Origin: Candidatus Saccharimonadota bacterium
Lineage (GTDB): Bacteria; Patescibacteriota; Saccharimonadia; Saccharimonadales; Saccharimonadaceae
Length of the DNA: 32,000 nt
Assembly (NCBI GenBank): GCA_001029695.1
Contig: CP011211.1
Location: forward strand, 60,001 to 92,000
Direction: 5' to 3'
Below the pieces are notes generated by a model, which saw only the letters and a list, made by a program, of their open reading frames with translations, did not search any database and was not told the origin of the DNA. This document shows positions 1 to 8,365 of this stretch, piece after piece. The translations under genes were made by a program, and so were the position numbers. Positions within the stretch are counted from its first letter, which is position 1. Every line of letters begins with the position of its first letter.

Positions 1-240
1 TATAGGATAGCCATAGGGGTCGACAATCTGGGCGGTTGTGTCATTTTGACGTGAGAGTATGCAAAGTGGACTACTCTTTACTTCATTTGTATAGAGTACC
101 GCTTGGTCTTCATTGGCGAAGCGCCGTTGCTGAGAGTATGCGATGGTGTCGCCAGGGGTTTTATCTGGGACGGTGAGGGTAAATTCAAAAGAGTTTATAA
201 AGTCGCTTTGTCGCTTCGTAACAATAAATTGTTGAGCCAT
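1..240 (-). CDS. hypothetical protein, 5' part only (80 codons; gene continues beyond window start)
   Basis: The frame is open from ATG (240-238) to position 1. It is absent from the ORF track because it has no in-window stop. Translation is MAQQFIVTKRQSDFINSFEFTLTVPDKTPGD... TATAGT (252-247) lies 6 nt upstream of the ATG, the leaderless layout shared by many genes here. No family recognised. Confidence 0.45.
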   Translation of the reverse strand, partial: MAQQFIVTKRQSDFINSFEFTLTVPDKTPGDTIAYSQQRRFANEDQAVLYTNEVKSSPLCILSRQNDTTAQIVDPYGYPI

Positions 241-333
241 AACCATACTATATCATATTTGTCCATAATATTATATAGCTATTTACAAAGAAGCATAAGT
301 ATGATATAATGCATAGTGTATTTGACAGAGATG

Positions 334-362
334 TTGAATAGTACACCCACCTCTCGCATAAT
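334..362 (+). promoter_or_regulatory. sigma70-like promoter for the 407..1543 gene (TTGAAT-N17-CATAAT)
   Basis: TTGAAT is at 334-339 and CATAAT at 357-362, with a 17-nt spacer. It sits about 45 nt upstream of the ATG at 407 in an AT-rich intergenic region. Confidence 0.45.
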
Positions 363-406
363 CGTGCTAGAGAGGATAACAACTCGGAATAGAAAGTGAG
401 ACTCTC

Positions 407-1543
407 ATGAATCTCATGCGACGTATTGTGATAGCACTTGCTGCTATTGCTGTCTTGCTCGGTGTCGGCTTCGTCAACGAGGCAAGCGCTGAAGGTTTGA
501 ACTTCGGTACGGCAGACCTCACGTCCGTAGATGTATTTGTTCACGGCACGGGTCCTGCACCTGAATCATCTGTAGTGTCTACCCTGCCGGGCTGGCGCGC
601 AGAAATTTCACCTGCATACGGGACTCGCTCAATGGACGAGTCCGAGGCGGACGGCTCAGCCCTCCTGACCGATTACATCGTTGATCGCGTCGCAAAGGGT
701 GAACCGATAAACCTCGCCTCGTATTCCCTCGGGAGTACAGTTACGGGGGATGCAATCCACAAAGTGACGTCAGAAAGGCTCGTTGATCCCAGTTTGATCA
801 CTGCAACTGTTATCTCTGACCCGCGCTATGTCAACACAGGCGTAACACAGGTGCTTAAAGGTGGCATATGGCCTCATGTTCTTCCGCTGATCGGCATTAC
901 GCCGAACGGTGAACGAAGCGGCTTCAACGGAGCAAATGTTGAGCAGGTGTGCTACACCTACGACGCGATTTGCGACCTGAAGACGGGCATGTGGGGCGCT
1001 GCAAACTCTCTGGTTGGCTACTTTCTGATTCATGGATCTCAGGATCCAGTTCAGAACTATGCGAATATCGATCCGGCCAAGACGACCTCTCGTGTCGACG
1101 AGGACGGTACGATCCAGACAACTGTTCACGGTAAACTCCCGATTCTTCGTCTCGCAGAGATGGAGATGAAGACTGAACTGCCTGATGTTGTTCATGCAGT
1201 TGGTGAAGCACTTGTCGAAACGACTGGTGATCCCGGTCAGGTTCAGACGACCAAGACATTCGAACAGACAGCACAGGACGTCGCTGCCGCGATCGCCCCT
1301 GAGTTGCCGACCTTCGAAGAGGTAGTTGCTCCCGTTCAGCAATGGGCGGCCGACACAGTACAGCAGTGGACTGCTCCAGCAGCTCCTATCGAAGCTGCAC
1401 CTGCCGTCGACTACGTGGCACCTGTTCTTGAGCAGGCCGCATCTGTCGTCAATGATTTCGCAGCAACACTTCCTGCTGATCTGGGCAGCCAGGTCAACGA
1501 TCTCGCCGCTCAAGGCCTTGCCTTGATTGGAGCTGGTCGATAA
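407..1543 (+). CDS. secreted cutinase-like alpha/beta serine esterase with Ala/Pro/Gln-rich C-terminal tail
   Basis: Signal peptide MNLMRRIVIALAAIAVLLGVGFVNEASA. Nucleophile-elbow-like ASYSLGSTV. VCYTYDAICD (C-x3-D-x2-C) followed by IHGS matches the Ser/Asp/His plus disulfide layout of cutinase-type esterases. Hand-counted 60-nt lines give 50-65% GC, above most neighbours. Confidence 0.65.
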   Translation: MNLMRRIVIALAAIAVLLGVGFVNEASAEGLNFGTADLTSVDVFVHGTGPAPESSVVSTLPGWRAEISPAYGTRSMDESEADGSALLTDYIVDRVAKGEPINLASYSLGSTVTGDAIHKVTSERLVDPSLITATVISDPRYVNTGVTQVLKGGIWPHVLPLIGITPNGERSGFNGANVEQVCYTYDAICDLKTGMWGAANSLVGYFLIHGSQDPVQNYANIDPAKTTSRVDEDGTIQTTVHGKLPILRLAEMEMKTELPDVVHAVGEALVETTGDPGQVQTTKTFEQTAQDVAAAIAPELPTFEEVVAPVQQWAADTVQQWTAPAAPIEAAPAVDYVAPVLEQAASVVNDFAATLPADLGSQVNDLAAQGLALIGAGR

Positions 1544-1700
1544 GCTAACGACATGAGTATCCATATTCAGTCGAAGGGACTGTATAGACGAAGCACAATT
1601 GCCCATTTACCTACTTCACTAAGGAGCGCCTATAGGTTGCCAGCCACATATTACTAAGAGGTAGTGAGTGGGCTGACGAGCTTACTTTCTATCCGACGAT

Positions 1701-1753
1701 GCCCTCATCATTATCCGCCGTACGGTGTAGATATAGATGAGGGCTATTTTATT
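1701..1753 (+). terminator. rho-independent terminator
   Basis: GCCCTCATC (1701-1709) pairs with GATGAGGGC (1736-1744). It is followed by TATTTTATT. Confidence 0.55.
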
Positions 1754-1755
1754 GG

Positions 1756-2727
1756 CTATTCTTTTTCCCAAATAGCGAGTGAAGCTATTTTATCAAGTCG
1801 TACTGAGAAAAAGCATTGAAGTTCGTCGTTAAAGAGAATGACGCATGGATTGCCTTTGGTGTATAAAAAATCATCACTCGATGTGTATTTATGGAATTCA
1901 TCTCGACGATCTACGAAACAAATGCCTCTATAGACGCCTGAGACACTATTTTCAAGCTGGAGCATATCATTTGGTGGCATGTAACTGGTATCGATTGAAA
2001 AGTCTTGCTCGACAGGCTGCACGAAGCAGTCGTCTGTGGTAACGGACAGTATATGCTGGGTATTTATGTCGTGGTGCGCAAGGAGCGTTTCGAGGTGCTT
2101 ACATTGCTCGTCTAGCCACTCATCTTGACGGTAGGCTGGCGCAGAGAGGAATAGTTGACTAGACAGGAGCTTGACGGTTTTTGCTGACTCCTCATTAAGT
2201 AGTTCTTTCATATAAATGTCTTCTACTTCATATGTGGTAAGCGCGAGGATACTTTCGACTGGCATGATGTAGTTTGCTACTGCGGTATCTTTCTCGTGGA
2301 TAGGCTTATTGAAAGAAAGGGCCACTGTCCAGGTTCGTCCAACCTCGCCGCCATCTTCTAGTTGGTAAAGTCCTACTGCCTGGAGTGTTAGCTCGTCATT
2401 TGCAAGAGCCTGCTCTGAGTTTTCGAGTATTTCTCCGTCGTAGCCTTCTTTATGAGCAAAACCAGTAACCCCGATGCGCTGACCTATATACCCCTCACCT
2501 AGCGACTGTTCAAGCAGATGCTCTTGTTCTTTGAGTATCCTGGAGAGTTCTTCTATTGGGCCGTCAAAATTATTGAGAGTTTCAATTGCTGTTGACTGAG
2601 CAAGGATGAAACTGCTAGAAGAGACTGGATAAAGATCGCTTTGATTCCAGTTGTCGTCGAATTGTGATGGCTGTTCCATATTAAGCAAATTTTGCCGTAT
2701 TATGAAAGAATTTGCAAGCAAGAGCAT
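1756..2727 (-). CDS. hypothetical acidic cytoplasmic protein (paralog of 4291..5307); likely start at ATG 2679 (MEQPSQFDD...)
   Basis: Long ORF with no signal peptide or TM segment. The C-terminal half aligns by eye with the 4291..5307 product: QCKHLETLLAHHDINTQHILSVTTDDCFVQPVEQD vs QHKDAILDLFTAHLGVTYEKTFTVNVEDGLMRQPGED, SVSGVYRG vs TVSGIAFA, and PCVILFNDE..C vs LCLAVINEYEGADC. Confidence 0.7.
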   Translation of the reverse strand: MLLLANSFIIRQNLLNMEQPSQFDDNWNQSDLYPVSSSSFILAQSTAIETLNNFDGPIEELSRILKEQEHLLEQSLGEGYIGQRIGVTGFAHKEGYDGEILENSEQALANDELTLQAVGLYQLEDGGEVGRTWTVALSFNKPIHEKDTAVANYIMPVESILALTTYEVEDIYMKELLNEESAKTVKLLSSQLFLSAPAYRQDEWLDEQCKHLETLLAHHDINTQHILSVTTDDCFVQPVEQDFSIDTSYMPPNDMLQLENSVSGVYRGICFVDRRDEFHKYTSSDDFLYTKGNPCVILFNDELQCFFSVRLDKIASLAIWEKE

Positions 2728-2794
2728 TTAGTCTTGAGGTGTTGGCGGAAGACTAGTCAATAAATGAAGGGCTATGATATAATAAACGAGCTAT

Positions 2795-2869
2795 TGGGGC
2801 GTCGCCAAGTGGTAAGGCATCAGTTTTTGGTGCTGACATTCGGGGGTTCGAATCCCTCCGCCCCAGCCA
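2795..2869 (+). tRNA. tRNA-Gln (anticodon UUG), CCA encoded
   Basis: Hand-folded cloverleaf. The acceptor stem TGGGGCG pairs with CGCCCCA. D-stem is GCC/GGC and the anticodon stem is TCAGT/GCTGA. The anticodon loop TTTTGGT gives anticodon TTG. T-arm is GGGGG-TTCGAAT-CCCTC. U1-A72 and G73 are typical of bacterial tRNA-Gln. A 3' CCA is present. Confidence 0.9.
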
Positions 2870-2877
2870 AGAAAAAA

Positions 2878-2912
2878 GTCTTAGATCTTCTGATCTGGGA
2901 CTTTTTTCTTTT
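2878..2912 (+). terminator. rho-independent terminator after tRNA-Gln
   Basis: GTCTTAGATC (2878-2887) pairs with GATCTGGGAC (2892-2901) across loop TTCT, with two G-U pairs. It is followed by TTTTTTCTTTT. Confidence 0.7.
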
Positions 2913-2962
2913 GAGTATTTCTAGCTAAGACATTAAGGTGTGCTTATGCTAGACTACGTAGT

Positions 2963-3238
2963 ATGAACACAATGGTACGCAGGTTTTTATATATATTCGC
3001 GTTGGAGCTTATTCTGGCTGCGCTACTTGCTTGGAGTAGCTTACAAGACAATTTTAATGGTATTTGGATTTTTATTGTTTCATTTCTCGGGCTTCTTATC
3101 GTGTTCCCGATTGTCCTTATTATGAATATAAGAGCAATCAAAGCGACACATAGTACGTATCTTTATATACCGCTGTGCGTGAATATATTGCCTCCTGCTG
3201 CGTTTATCGTCTATAGCTTCTTCCGCAGTATTAGCTGA
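2963..3238 (+). CDS. small hypothetical membrane protein (about 3 TM segments)
   Basis: The 91-aa ORF is rich in hydrophobic stretches (FLYIFALELILAALLAW, IWIFIVSFLGLLIVFPIVLIM, LPPAAFIVYSFF). An extended -10 TGcTAGACT (2947-2955) lies 7 nt before the ATG. Confidence 0.5.
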   Translation: MNTMVRRFLYIFALELILAALLAWSSLQDNFNGIWIFIVSFLGLLIVFPIVLIMNIRAIKATHSTYLYIPLCVNILPPAAFIVYSFFRSIS

Positions 3239-3491
3239 GTGATATATTTAAGCCTTAACTCTACGCGCTAGGCGGTGTGTGGGGTGCTGTGGAGAGTAAT
3301 CATCCCTACTCTTCGTGCAGGTAATCTTGCGTATGGTATAAAGATATGTGAATGTATGTAGTAAGATCCACTACGTATATTTCATTGATTATAAAACGCA
3401 GGTTGACAGAGAGTAGCTATATGAATATCACAAAAAACACACCTTATACTAAGGTGTGTGGCAGTCTAATCTTAACTTGCCATAGAAAAAT

Positions 3492-3520
3492 TTGACATCA
3501 TGCTTATGCTGTCATACTAT
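3492..3520 (+). promoter_or_regulatory. sigma70-like promoter for the rpf-like gene (TTGACA-N17-TACTAT)
   Basis: TTGACA is at 3492-3497 and TACTAT at 3515-3520, with an exact 17-nt spacer. This leaves a leader of about 90 nt ending in SD AAAGGAG. Confidence 0.6.
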
Positions 3521-3593
3521 GGTATTTGTGTGTTTTTGCGGGAAGTAATCGTAAGCACAATTACCCTACTATGTATTTAAGCAGAAAACGTAG

Positions 3594-4241
<648 letters not shown>

Positions 4242-4254
4242 AAAGTCCGATTGT

Positions 4255-4285
4255 AAAAATAGCGCCTTATGTGGGCGCTATTTTT
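4255..4285. terminator. bidirectional rho-independent terminator between convergent genes
   Basis: AAAAATAGCGCC pairs with GGCGCTATTTTT across loop TTATGTG. An A-run precedes it and a T-run follows it. Confidence 0.75.
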
Positions 4286-4290
4286 GTAAC

Positions 4291-5307
4291 TTAAGCGAAC
4301 TCAGTTTTCTCAAGAGGAAGGTATAGGATACAGTCCGCTCCTTCATATTCATTGATAACAGCAAGGCACAGTGTTTCGGTGTCCTGTTTAATCTTCCACC
4401 CATCTTTTGTTGATTTGCTTCGGTTGTAGCGGGGTGCAAATGCAATGCCAGAGACGGTAATTTCTGACGTGGGCTCGAGGAGCACTACACTGTAAGGGTC
4501 TTCTCCGGGTTGCCGCATAAGCCCATCCTCTACGTTAACCGTGAAGGTTTTTTCATAGGTAACGCCGAGGTGTGCAGTGAATAAGTCGAGGATTGCATCT
4601 TTATGTTGAGCGGTTATTTCTGGGTTTTGTATAAGTTCTTGTGCAATTTTTGCAGCTGTTTTTATATCATCTGATGTGCGATTGGAGTCTTCAAGAAGTT
4701 GCTGAATATTGTATGTATGTATTGCGGCTGTTTCGCTTGCAAGGGCTGAGAGCGTAGAAAGGCTTGAGTCTACAAGTCTTCGGGATGTATCTTCTTGGAA
4801 CTCTAGGCTCGCACCATCTATAGGACTAGAATAGCAAAGTGATCCATGAAACTGCGGTGAAGAGAAATGACCAATTTCAATCTGATATTCAATAACTGGT
4901 TGAAATTCTTTTATATCTTCGCTTAAGCTAGATTTTTCATACACTCTTGAGCTGAATCCTTGAAACCCGCCTAATACTCGGGGAGTAGAGAGGGGGTCGG
5001 CCTCGTCAAAGGGAAATTGCTCAGTAGAAATCTCTAGATGACCTGTCGCCATATCTGTAAGATGGAGGCCGGGTGTATAGATGACTTGAGAGCTCAAAGC
5101 TGCCTTTTTTCCGATAATTTCGTTAACACTAGCAATCTTATCGAGTTGTTGTATGTATTCCTGTGCGGTCGTACTTGCTTCTCCGTACGTGCCAAAGAAA
5201 CTGTCGTTAAGTTGATCTTGGTAATCGCGAGCTAGCTGAAAAACGGCGTTTTGGTCAAGAAAGGCTCCAGTCTCTCTATTAGGCTCCGGTTTGAATATCT
5301 CTGACAT
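4291..5307 (-). CDS. hypothetical acidic cytoplasmic protein (paralog of 1756..2727)
   Basis: The 338-aa ORF has no signal peptide or TM segment. See the by-eye alignment blocks listed for 1756..2727. No known family recognised. Confidence 0.7.
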   Translation of the reverse strand: MSEIFKPEPNRETGAFLDQNAVFQLARDYQDQLNDSFFGTYGEASTTAQEYIQQLDKIASVNEIIGKKAALSSQVIYTPGLHLTDMATGHLEISTEQFPFDEADPLSTPRVLGGFQGFSSRVYEKSSLSEDIKEFQPVIEYQIEIGHFSSPQFHGSLCYSSPIDGASLEFQEDTSRRLVDSSLSTLSALASETAAIHTYNIQQLLEDSNRTSDDIKTAAKIAQELIQNPEITAQHKDAILDLFTAHLGVTYEKTFTVNVEDGLMRQPGEDPYSVVLLEPTSEITVSGIAFAPRYNRSKSTKDGWKIKQDTETLCLAVINEYEGADCILYLPLEKTEFA

Positions 5308-5395
5308 GACAAATTAACCTCTATATTACTTAATAGTACTATACTCCACGAAGTGATATCATGGCAACTCTTTAGGGATACGCTATACTGGTGAC

Positions 5396-6055
5396 ATGCC
5401 CGAACGATATACTCTCTTTGAAATAGAAAAACTCCGTGACCATTTCTCGCTTCCAAACGGCGTGCCAGCTGGAGTCAAAAAAAGCTACAACATCAGCCCT
5501 ACGCAACTCGCGCCAGTAATCGTCAGTAAAGATGGTGTGCGCACGATGGAGCGTAAGATGTGGGGATTTATTCCTGCAACCGCTAAGGATACTCGCTCAG
5601 TATTTCGCTACAAGACAACTGTCGCCAAGTCCGAAGGTATCTTTGATAAGCCAACATGGAAAGACGCAGTTCGCCGTCAGCGTTGCCTTGTGCCCGCAAA
5701 CGGCTACTACGAGTGGCGCAAGACAATTGACGGCAAGCGTCCCTTTTATGTCCAAATCAAAGATCAGCCGCTTGTGTCTCTTGCTGGTATTTATTCGTCA
5801 TGGACGGACCCACAAGGTAAAGAATGGGGAACATTTGCTATCATTACTGCTGCCGATGACTCGCATACCGGCCGCTCTCCTATTATCATCGCAAAGATTG
5901 ATGAAGACGAATGGCTCAGCCCTGCCGTAGAAGACCTCAATTCGGTCTACGGTATGATGAGACCTCTTTCGAGTGATCTTTTGGTGGCACATAAGGTTAC
6001 GTCTGACCTTAAGAATGTGAAATTGAATAGCGAAAATCTCCTACGATCAGTCTAG
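5396..6055 (+). CDS. SRAP (SOS-response-associated peptidase / YedK-HMCES, DUF159) family protein lacking the N-terminal catalytic Cys
   Basis: Family blocks YNISPTQ, KMWGFIP, RCLVPANGYYEWRK, RPFYVQ, LAGIYSSW, WGTFAIITAA and SHTGRSPIII match YedK-type proteins. The N-terminus is MPERY instead of MCGRF. An upstream in-frame stop at 5354-5356 leaves no alternative start. Confidence 0.8.
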   Translation: MPERYTLFEIEKLRDHFSLPNGVPAGVKKSYNISPTQLAPVIVSKDGVRTMERKMWGFIPATAKDTRSVFRYKTTVAKSEGIFDKPTWKDAVRRQRCLVPANGYYEWRKTIDGKRPFYVQIKDQPLVSLAGIYSSWTDPQGKEWGTFAIITAADDSHTGRSPIIIAKIDEDEWLSPAVEDLNSVYGMMRPLSSDLLVAHKVTSDLKNVKLNSENLLRSV

Positions 6056-6673
6056 ATTACTGATGTAATCGATGTAGTTATATAGCGCGAGTCGTGCGAT
6101 GAGCCGAGAGGTTTCTGGGTTGAGGTGTATTATTTCGTCTTCTATGTCGCGAAGCTCCTCGATGCGTTTCTGGTATTTTTTTCTGCCCATGACTTTTGCT
6201 ATCCTTGAGCGTGAATCTTCGAGAACGTCATGCGCGGCAATCTTCCAGAACTGGTCGCTTACGTCGTCTCGTAATGGAACATCCGGGTGGTCGTCTCCGA
6301 CAAGAAGCATTCCATGAACCTCGCTGATTGCCATCGCAAGCTCGTCTCTATCTTGTATAGGTGAAACGTCATCGTTGGCGTCTATGCGCTGAGGTATGCA
6401 GTCTTCCTCATTGAACGCGTATTCTGTGTTTTTGCCGTCATTTGCATCGACGTTTGCGCTTGAGATCATATATACTAGATCCGCATTGACATCGAGGCAC
6501 TTCGAGAGGGTTATTTGATTGCCTGTAAACGGATCTATCCATTCAGCTTCAATCAAATCATCTCGCTCATAGCCTTTTGCTTCAATAATGCGTGAAGTCA
6601 GAGATTCGATTTCAAGTAGCGTTTCGATCGACTCGGTCGGCATATCAAGTTTTTTTGATATCAATTCGTTCAT
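6047..6673 (-). CDS. hypothetical acidic protein
   Basis: The 208-aa ORF is very Asp/Glu-rich, and no family was recognised. TATAAT (6685-6680) lies 6 nt upstream of the ATG. Its 3' end overlaps the convergent SRAP gene by 9 nt. Confidence 0.55.
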   Translation of the reverse strand: MNELISKKLDMPTESIETLLEIESLTSRIIEAKGYERDDLIEAEWIDPFTGNQITLSKCLDVNADLVYMISSANVDANDGKNTEYAFNEEDCIPQRIDANDDVSPIQDRDELAMAISEVHGMLLVGDDHPDVPLRDDVSDQFWKIAAHDVLEDSRSRIAKVMGRKKYQKRIEELRDIEDEIIHLNPETSRLIARLALYNYIDYISNLD

Positions 6674-6717
6674 AAAAATATTATACTATATTTATCTATA
6701 TAATACAATAGACAGTA

Positions 6718-7509
6718 TTACGCGTTGTGATGTAATTGTCGCATTTGTTCAAATAGACACACAGCAGTAGCTGCAGCGACGTTTAGCGACTCAACACCTG
6801 GGTTTTGGGGAATGATCACTTTCTCAACTTGTAGCGCAAGTAGTGTATCGGATACGCCCTGCCCTTCATTGCCGAGCAGCCATGCTGTTGGTTGCGAAAG
6901 ATCTTTCTCGTAGATTGACTTGGTAGCCCCTAGGCTTGTAGCGAGAATCTGTACTTCAGCTGTAGTGATGAGCTCTGCAAGGTCGCAATTTTCATAGATA
7001 GTGAGTGCGAAATGGGCGCCCATACCTGCGCGAAGCGTCTTCGGTGACCAAGCGGATGTACTGCCGTTTGAGGTGTAGATCTCGGTTATGCCCGCTGCTG
7101 CTGCGGTGCGTAAAATTGCACCCATATTGCCGGGATCCTGGATATCTTCAAGGAGTAGAGCACTTTTTTGCACTATTTTTGACTGCTCTAAAGATGGAAT
7201 GGACACAACAAATAGTATACCGATACCGTTGTCGACAGTGCTGAGTGCTTTGAAGTGACTATCGCTGAGTAGTATACTCGGCGTCGATAGTTCGTCACAA
7301 GTGTCCATGAGTGCGGCAACCTCTGGGTTCTCGGGTGCAGAATGACTGTAGACATACATCAGCGGTTGGCCGACATGCTGCAGATAGCTTTCGCAGAGAT
7401 GAATCCCTTCGAGTAGTGTTTGGCTGTCGCGACGGCGGTATTTTGCGCCACTGGCGAGTTGCTTGAGGTTTTTGTATATATCGTTGTGGCTAGATGTAAT
7501 TGCTTTCAC
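6718..7509 (-). CDS. SpoU/TrmH-family RNA 2'-O-methyltransferase (RlmB/TrmH-like)
   Basis: C-terminal SPOUT motifs LLLEDIQDPGNMGAILRTAAAAG, LLGNEGQGV and IPQNPGVESLNVAAATAVCLFE. GTG start. Confidence 0.85.
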   Translation of the reverse strand: MKAITSSHNDIYKNLKQLASGAKYRRRDSQTLLEGIHLCESYLQHVGQPLMYVYSHSAPENPEVAALMDTCDELSTPSILLSDSHFKALSTVDNGIGILFVVSIPSLEQSKIVQKSALLLEDIQDPGNMGAILRTAAAAGITEIYTSNGSTSAWSPKTLRAGMGAHFALTIYENCDLAELITTAEVQILATSLGATKSIYEKDLSQPTAWLLGNEGQGVSDTLLALQVEKVIIPQNPGVESLNVAAATAVCLFEQMRQLHHNA

Positions 7510-7542
7510 TACTGATCAGTATAACATGCGACCCCTGTGATC

Positions 7543-7920
7543 TTATGTGTTGCGTGCTGCTTCGGCGTACTTGTGAAGAATCACTTTTTTGATGAGTGCG
7601 ATCGGGAGAGGTTGGTCGAGCATAAACTTTAGCGTACCTTTACCTGCGACATACGATGAGAGTTCTTTTTCGAAAGCTTCATCAATGTTGTGCGGTAGTG
7701 GATATATGCCTACATGCTTTTCGTAGCCAGCGAAGTAAATTACGGGCTTTTTGCCTAGCTTGTAGCATGGTATTGCATAGCTAATTGTTTCTGTTGTGTC
7801 TGGCGCAGACTCTTTGATTAGTGCGCGTATCTGCTCTAATTTCTCCTGCGTGTCACTTGGAAATAGTTTCAGGTACTCATCGATATTTTCTACTTTTGGT
7901 CTTGCTGGATGCGTACAAAT
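7543..7920 (-). CDS. DUF1801/YdhG-like domain protein; ORF lacks a canonical start codon (possible frameshift or pseudogene)
   Basis: Not in the ORF track. My hand translation has no internal stop: (I)CTHPARPKVENIDEYLKLFPSDTQEKLEQIRALIKESAPDTTETISYAIPCYKLGKKPVIYFAGYEKHVGIYPLPHNIDEAFEKELSSYVAGKGTLKFMLDQPLPIALIKKVILHKYAEAARNT*. This is a typical DUF1801 pattern. The only in-frame ATG is 19 codons from the end. Confidence 0.6.
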   Translation of the reverse strand: MCTHPARPKVENIDEYLKLFPSDTQEKLEQIRALIKESAPDTTETISYAIPCYKLGKKPVIYFAGYEKHVGIYPLPHNIDEAFEKELSSYVAGKGTLKFMLDQPLPIALIKKVILHKYAEAARNT

Positions 7921-8016
7921 CCTCCTGCTGTATATAGTAGTATAGTTTGCATATCAGAAAAAGACAGTATGGTATAGTATGTAGCACGACAGTACCTTAT
8001 AAAATAGTGAGAGACG

Positions 8017-8259
8017 GTGATAACGATGGCCGAAACCAGCATTGGCGAGCGCGTATACTTTAGTCAGCTCAAGTATCTTCGCACACATCTTCGCCTGATA
8101 GGCGATGAGGCATTTAGCGATCTCGTGAAAGACGGAGATATCAAAGGTGCGATTGAATATGCCACGGCGCGGTTATATTTTTTCAGTGAAGACAAGAAAT
8201 GCAGTATGCGCTTTGGCGCGGTCTTGTGTAGACTGAGATTTATCGAACTGAACGCCTAG
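8017..8259 (+). CDS. small hypothetical protein (alternative start ATG 8026)
   Basis: ORF of 77-80 aa. An extended -10 TGgTATAGT is at 7970-7978, and a terminator lies downstream. No family recognised. Confidence 0.4.
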   Translation: MITMAETSIGERVYFSQLKYLRTHLRLIGDEAFSDLVKDGDIKGAIEYATARLYFFSEDKKCSMRFGAVLCRLRFIELNA

Positions 8260-8313
8260 GCTGTCGATGTCCGCCTCTAGTCATTTGTCCGGCTTTTGCG
8301 TTGAGCATTACTG

Positions 8314-8343
8314 AAAAATGCTCCGCAAGAGGCGGGCATTTTT
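8314..8343. terminator. bidirectional rho-independent terminator
   Basis: AAAAATGC-t-CCGC / GCGG-GCATTTTT hairpin with one bulge and loop AAGAG. It lies between convergent genes. Confidence 0.55.
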
Positions 8344-8365
8344 CATGCGTAAAGTGTGAGATTGC

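Noticed and set aside
770-1606. 278-aa ORF (plus 924..1274) on the minus strand, opposite the cutinase-like gene
   Set aside because: This is a long antisense ORF of the kind expected in GC-rich coding DNA. It has no SD or promoter, and its composition is Cys/Arg-rich and low-complexity. The plus-strand frame carries a signal peptide and catalytic motifs.
5532-5930. 132-aa alternative-frame ORF inside the SRAP gene, plus the 103..309 and 248..544 ORFs in the first intergenic region
   Set aside because: The first is nested in another frame of a gene with strong family motifs. The other two span an AT-rich promoter region and the start of the signal-peptide gene, and they lack start signals.
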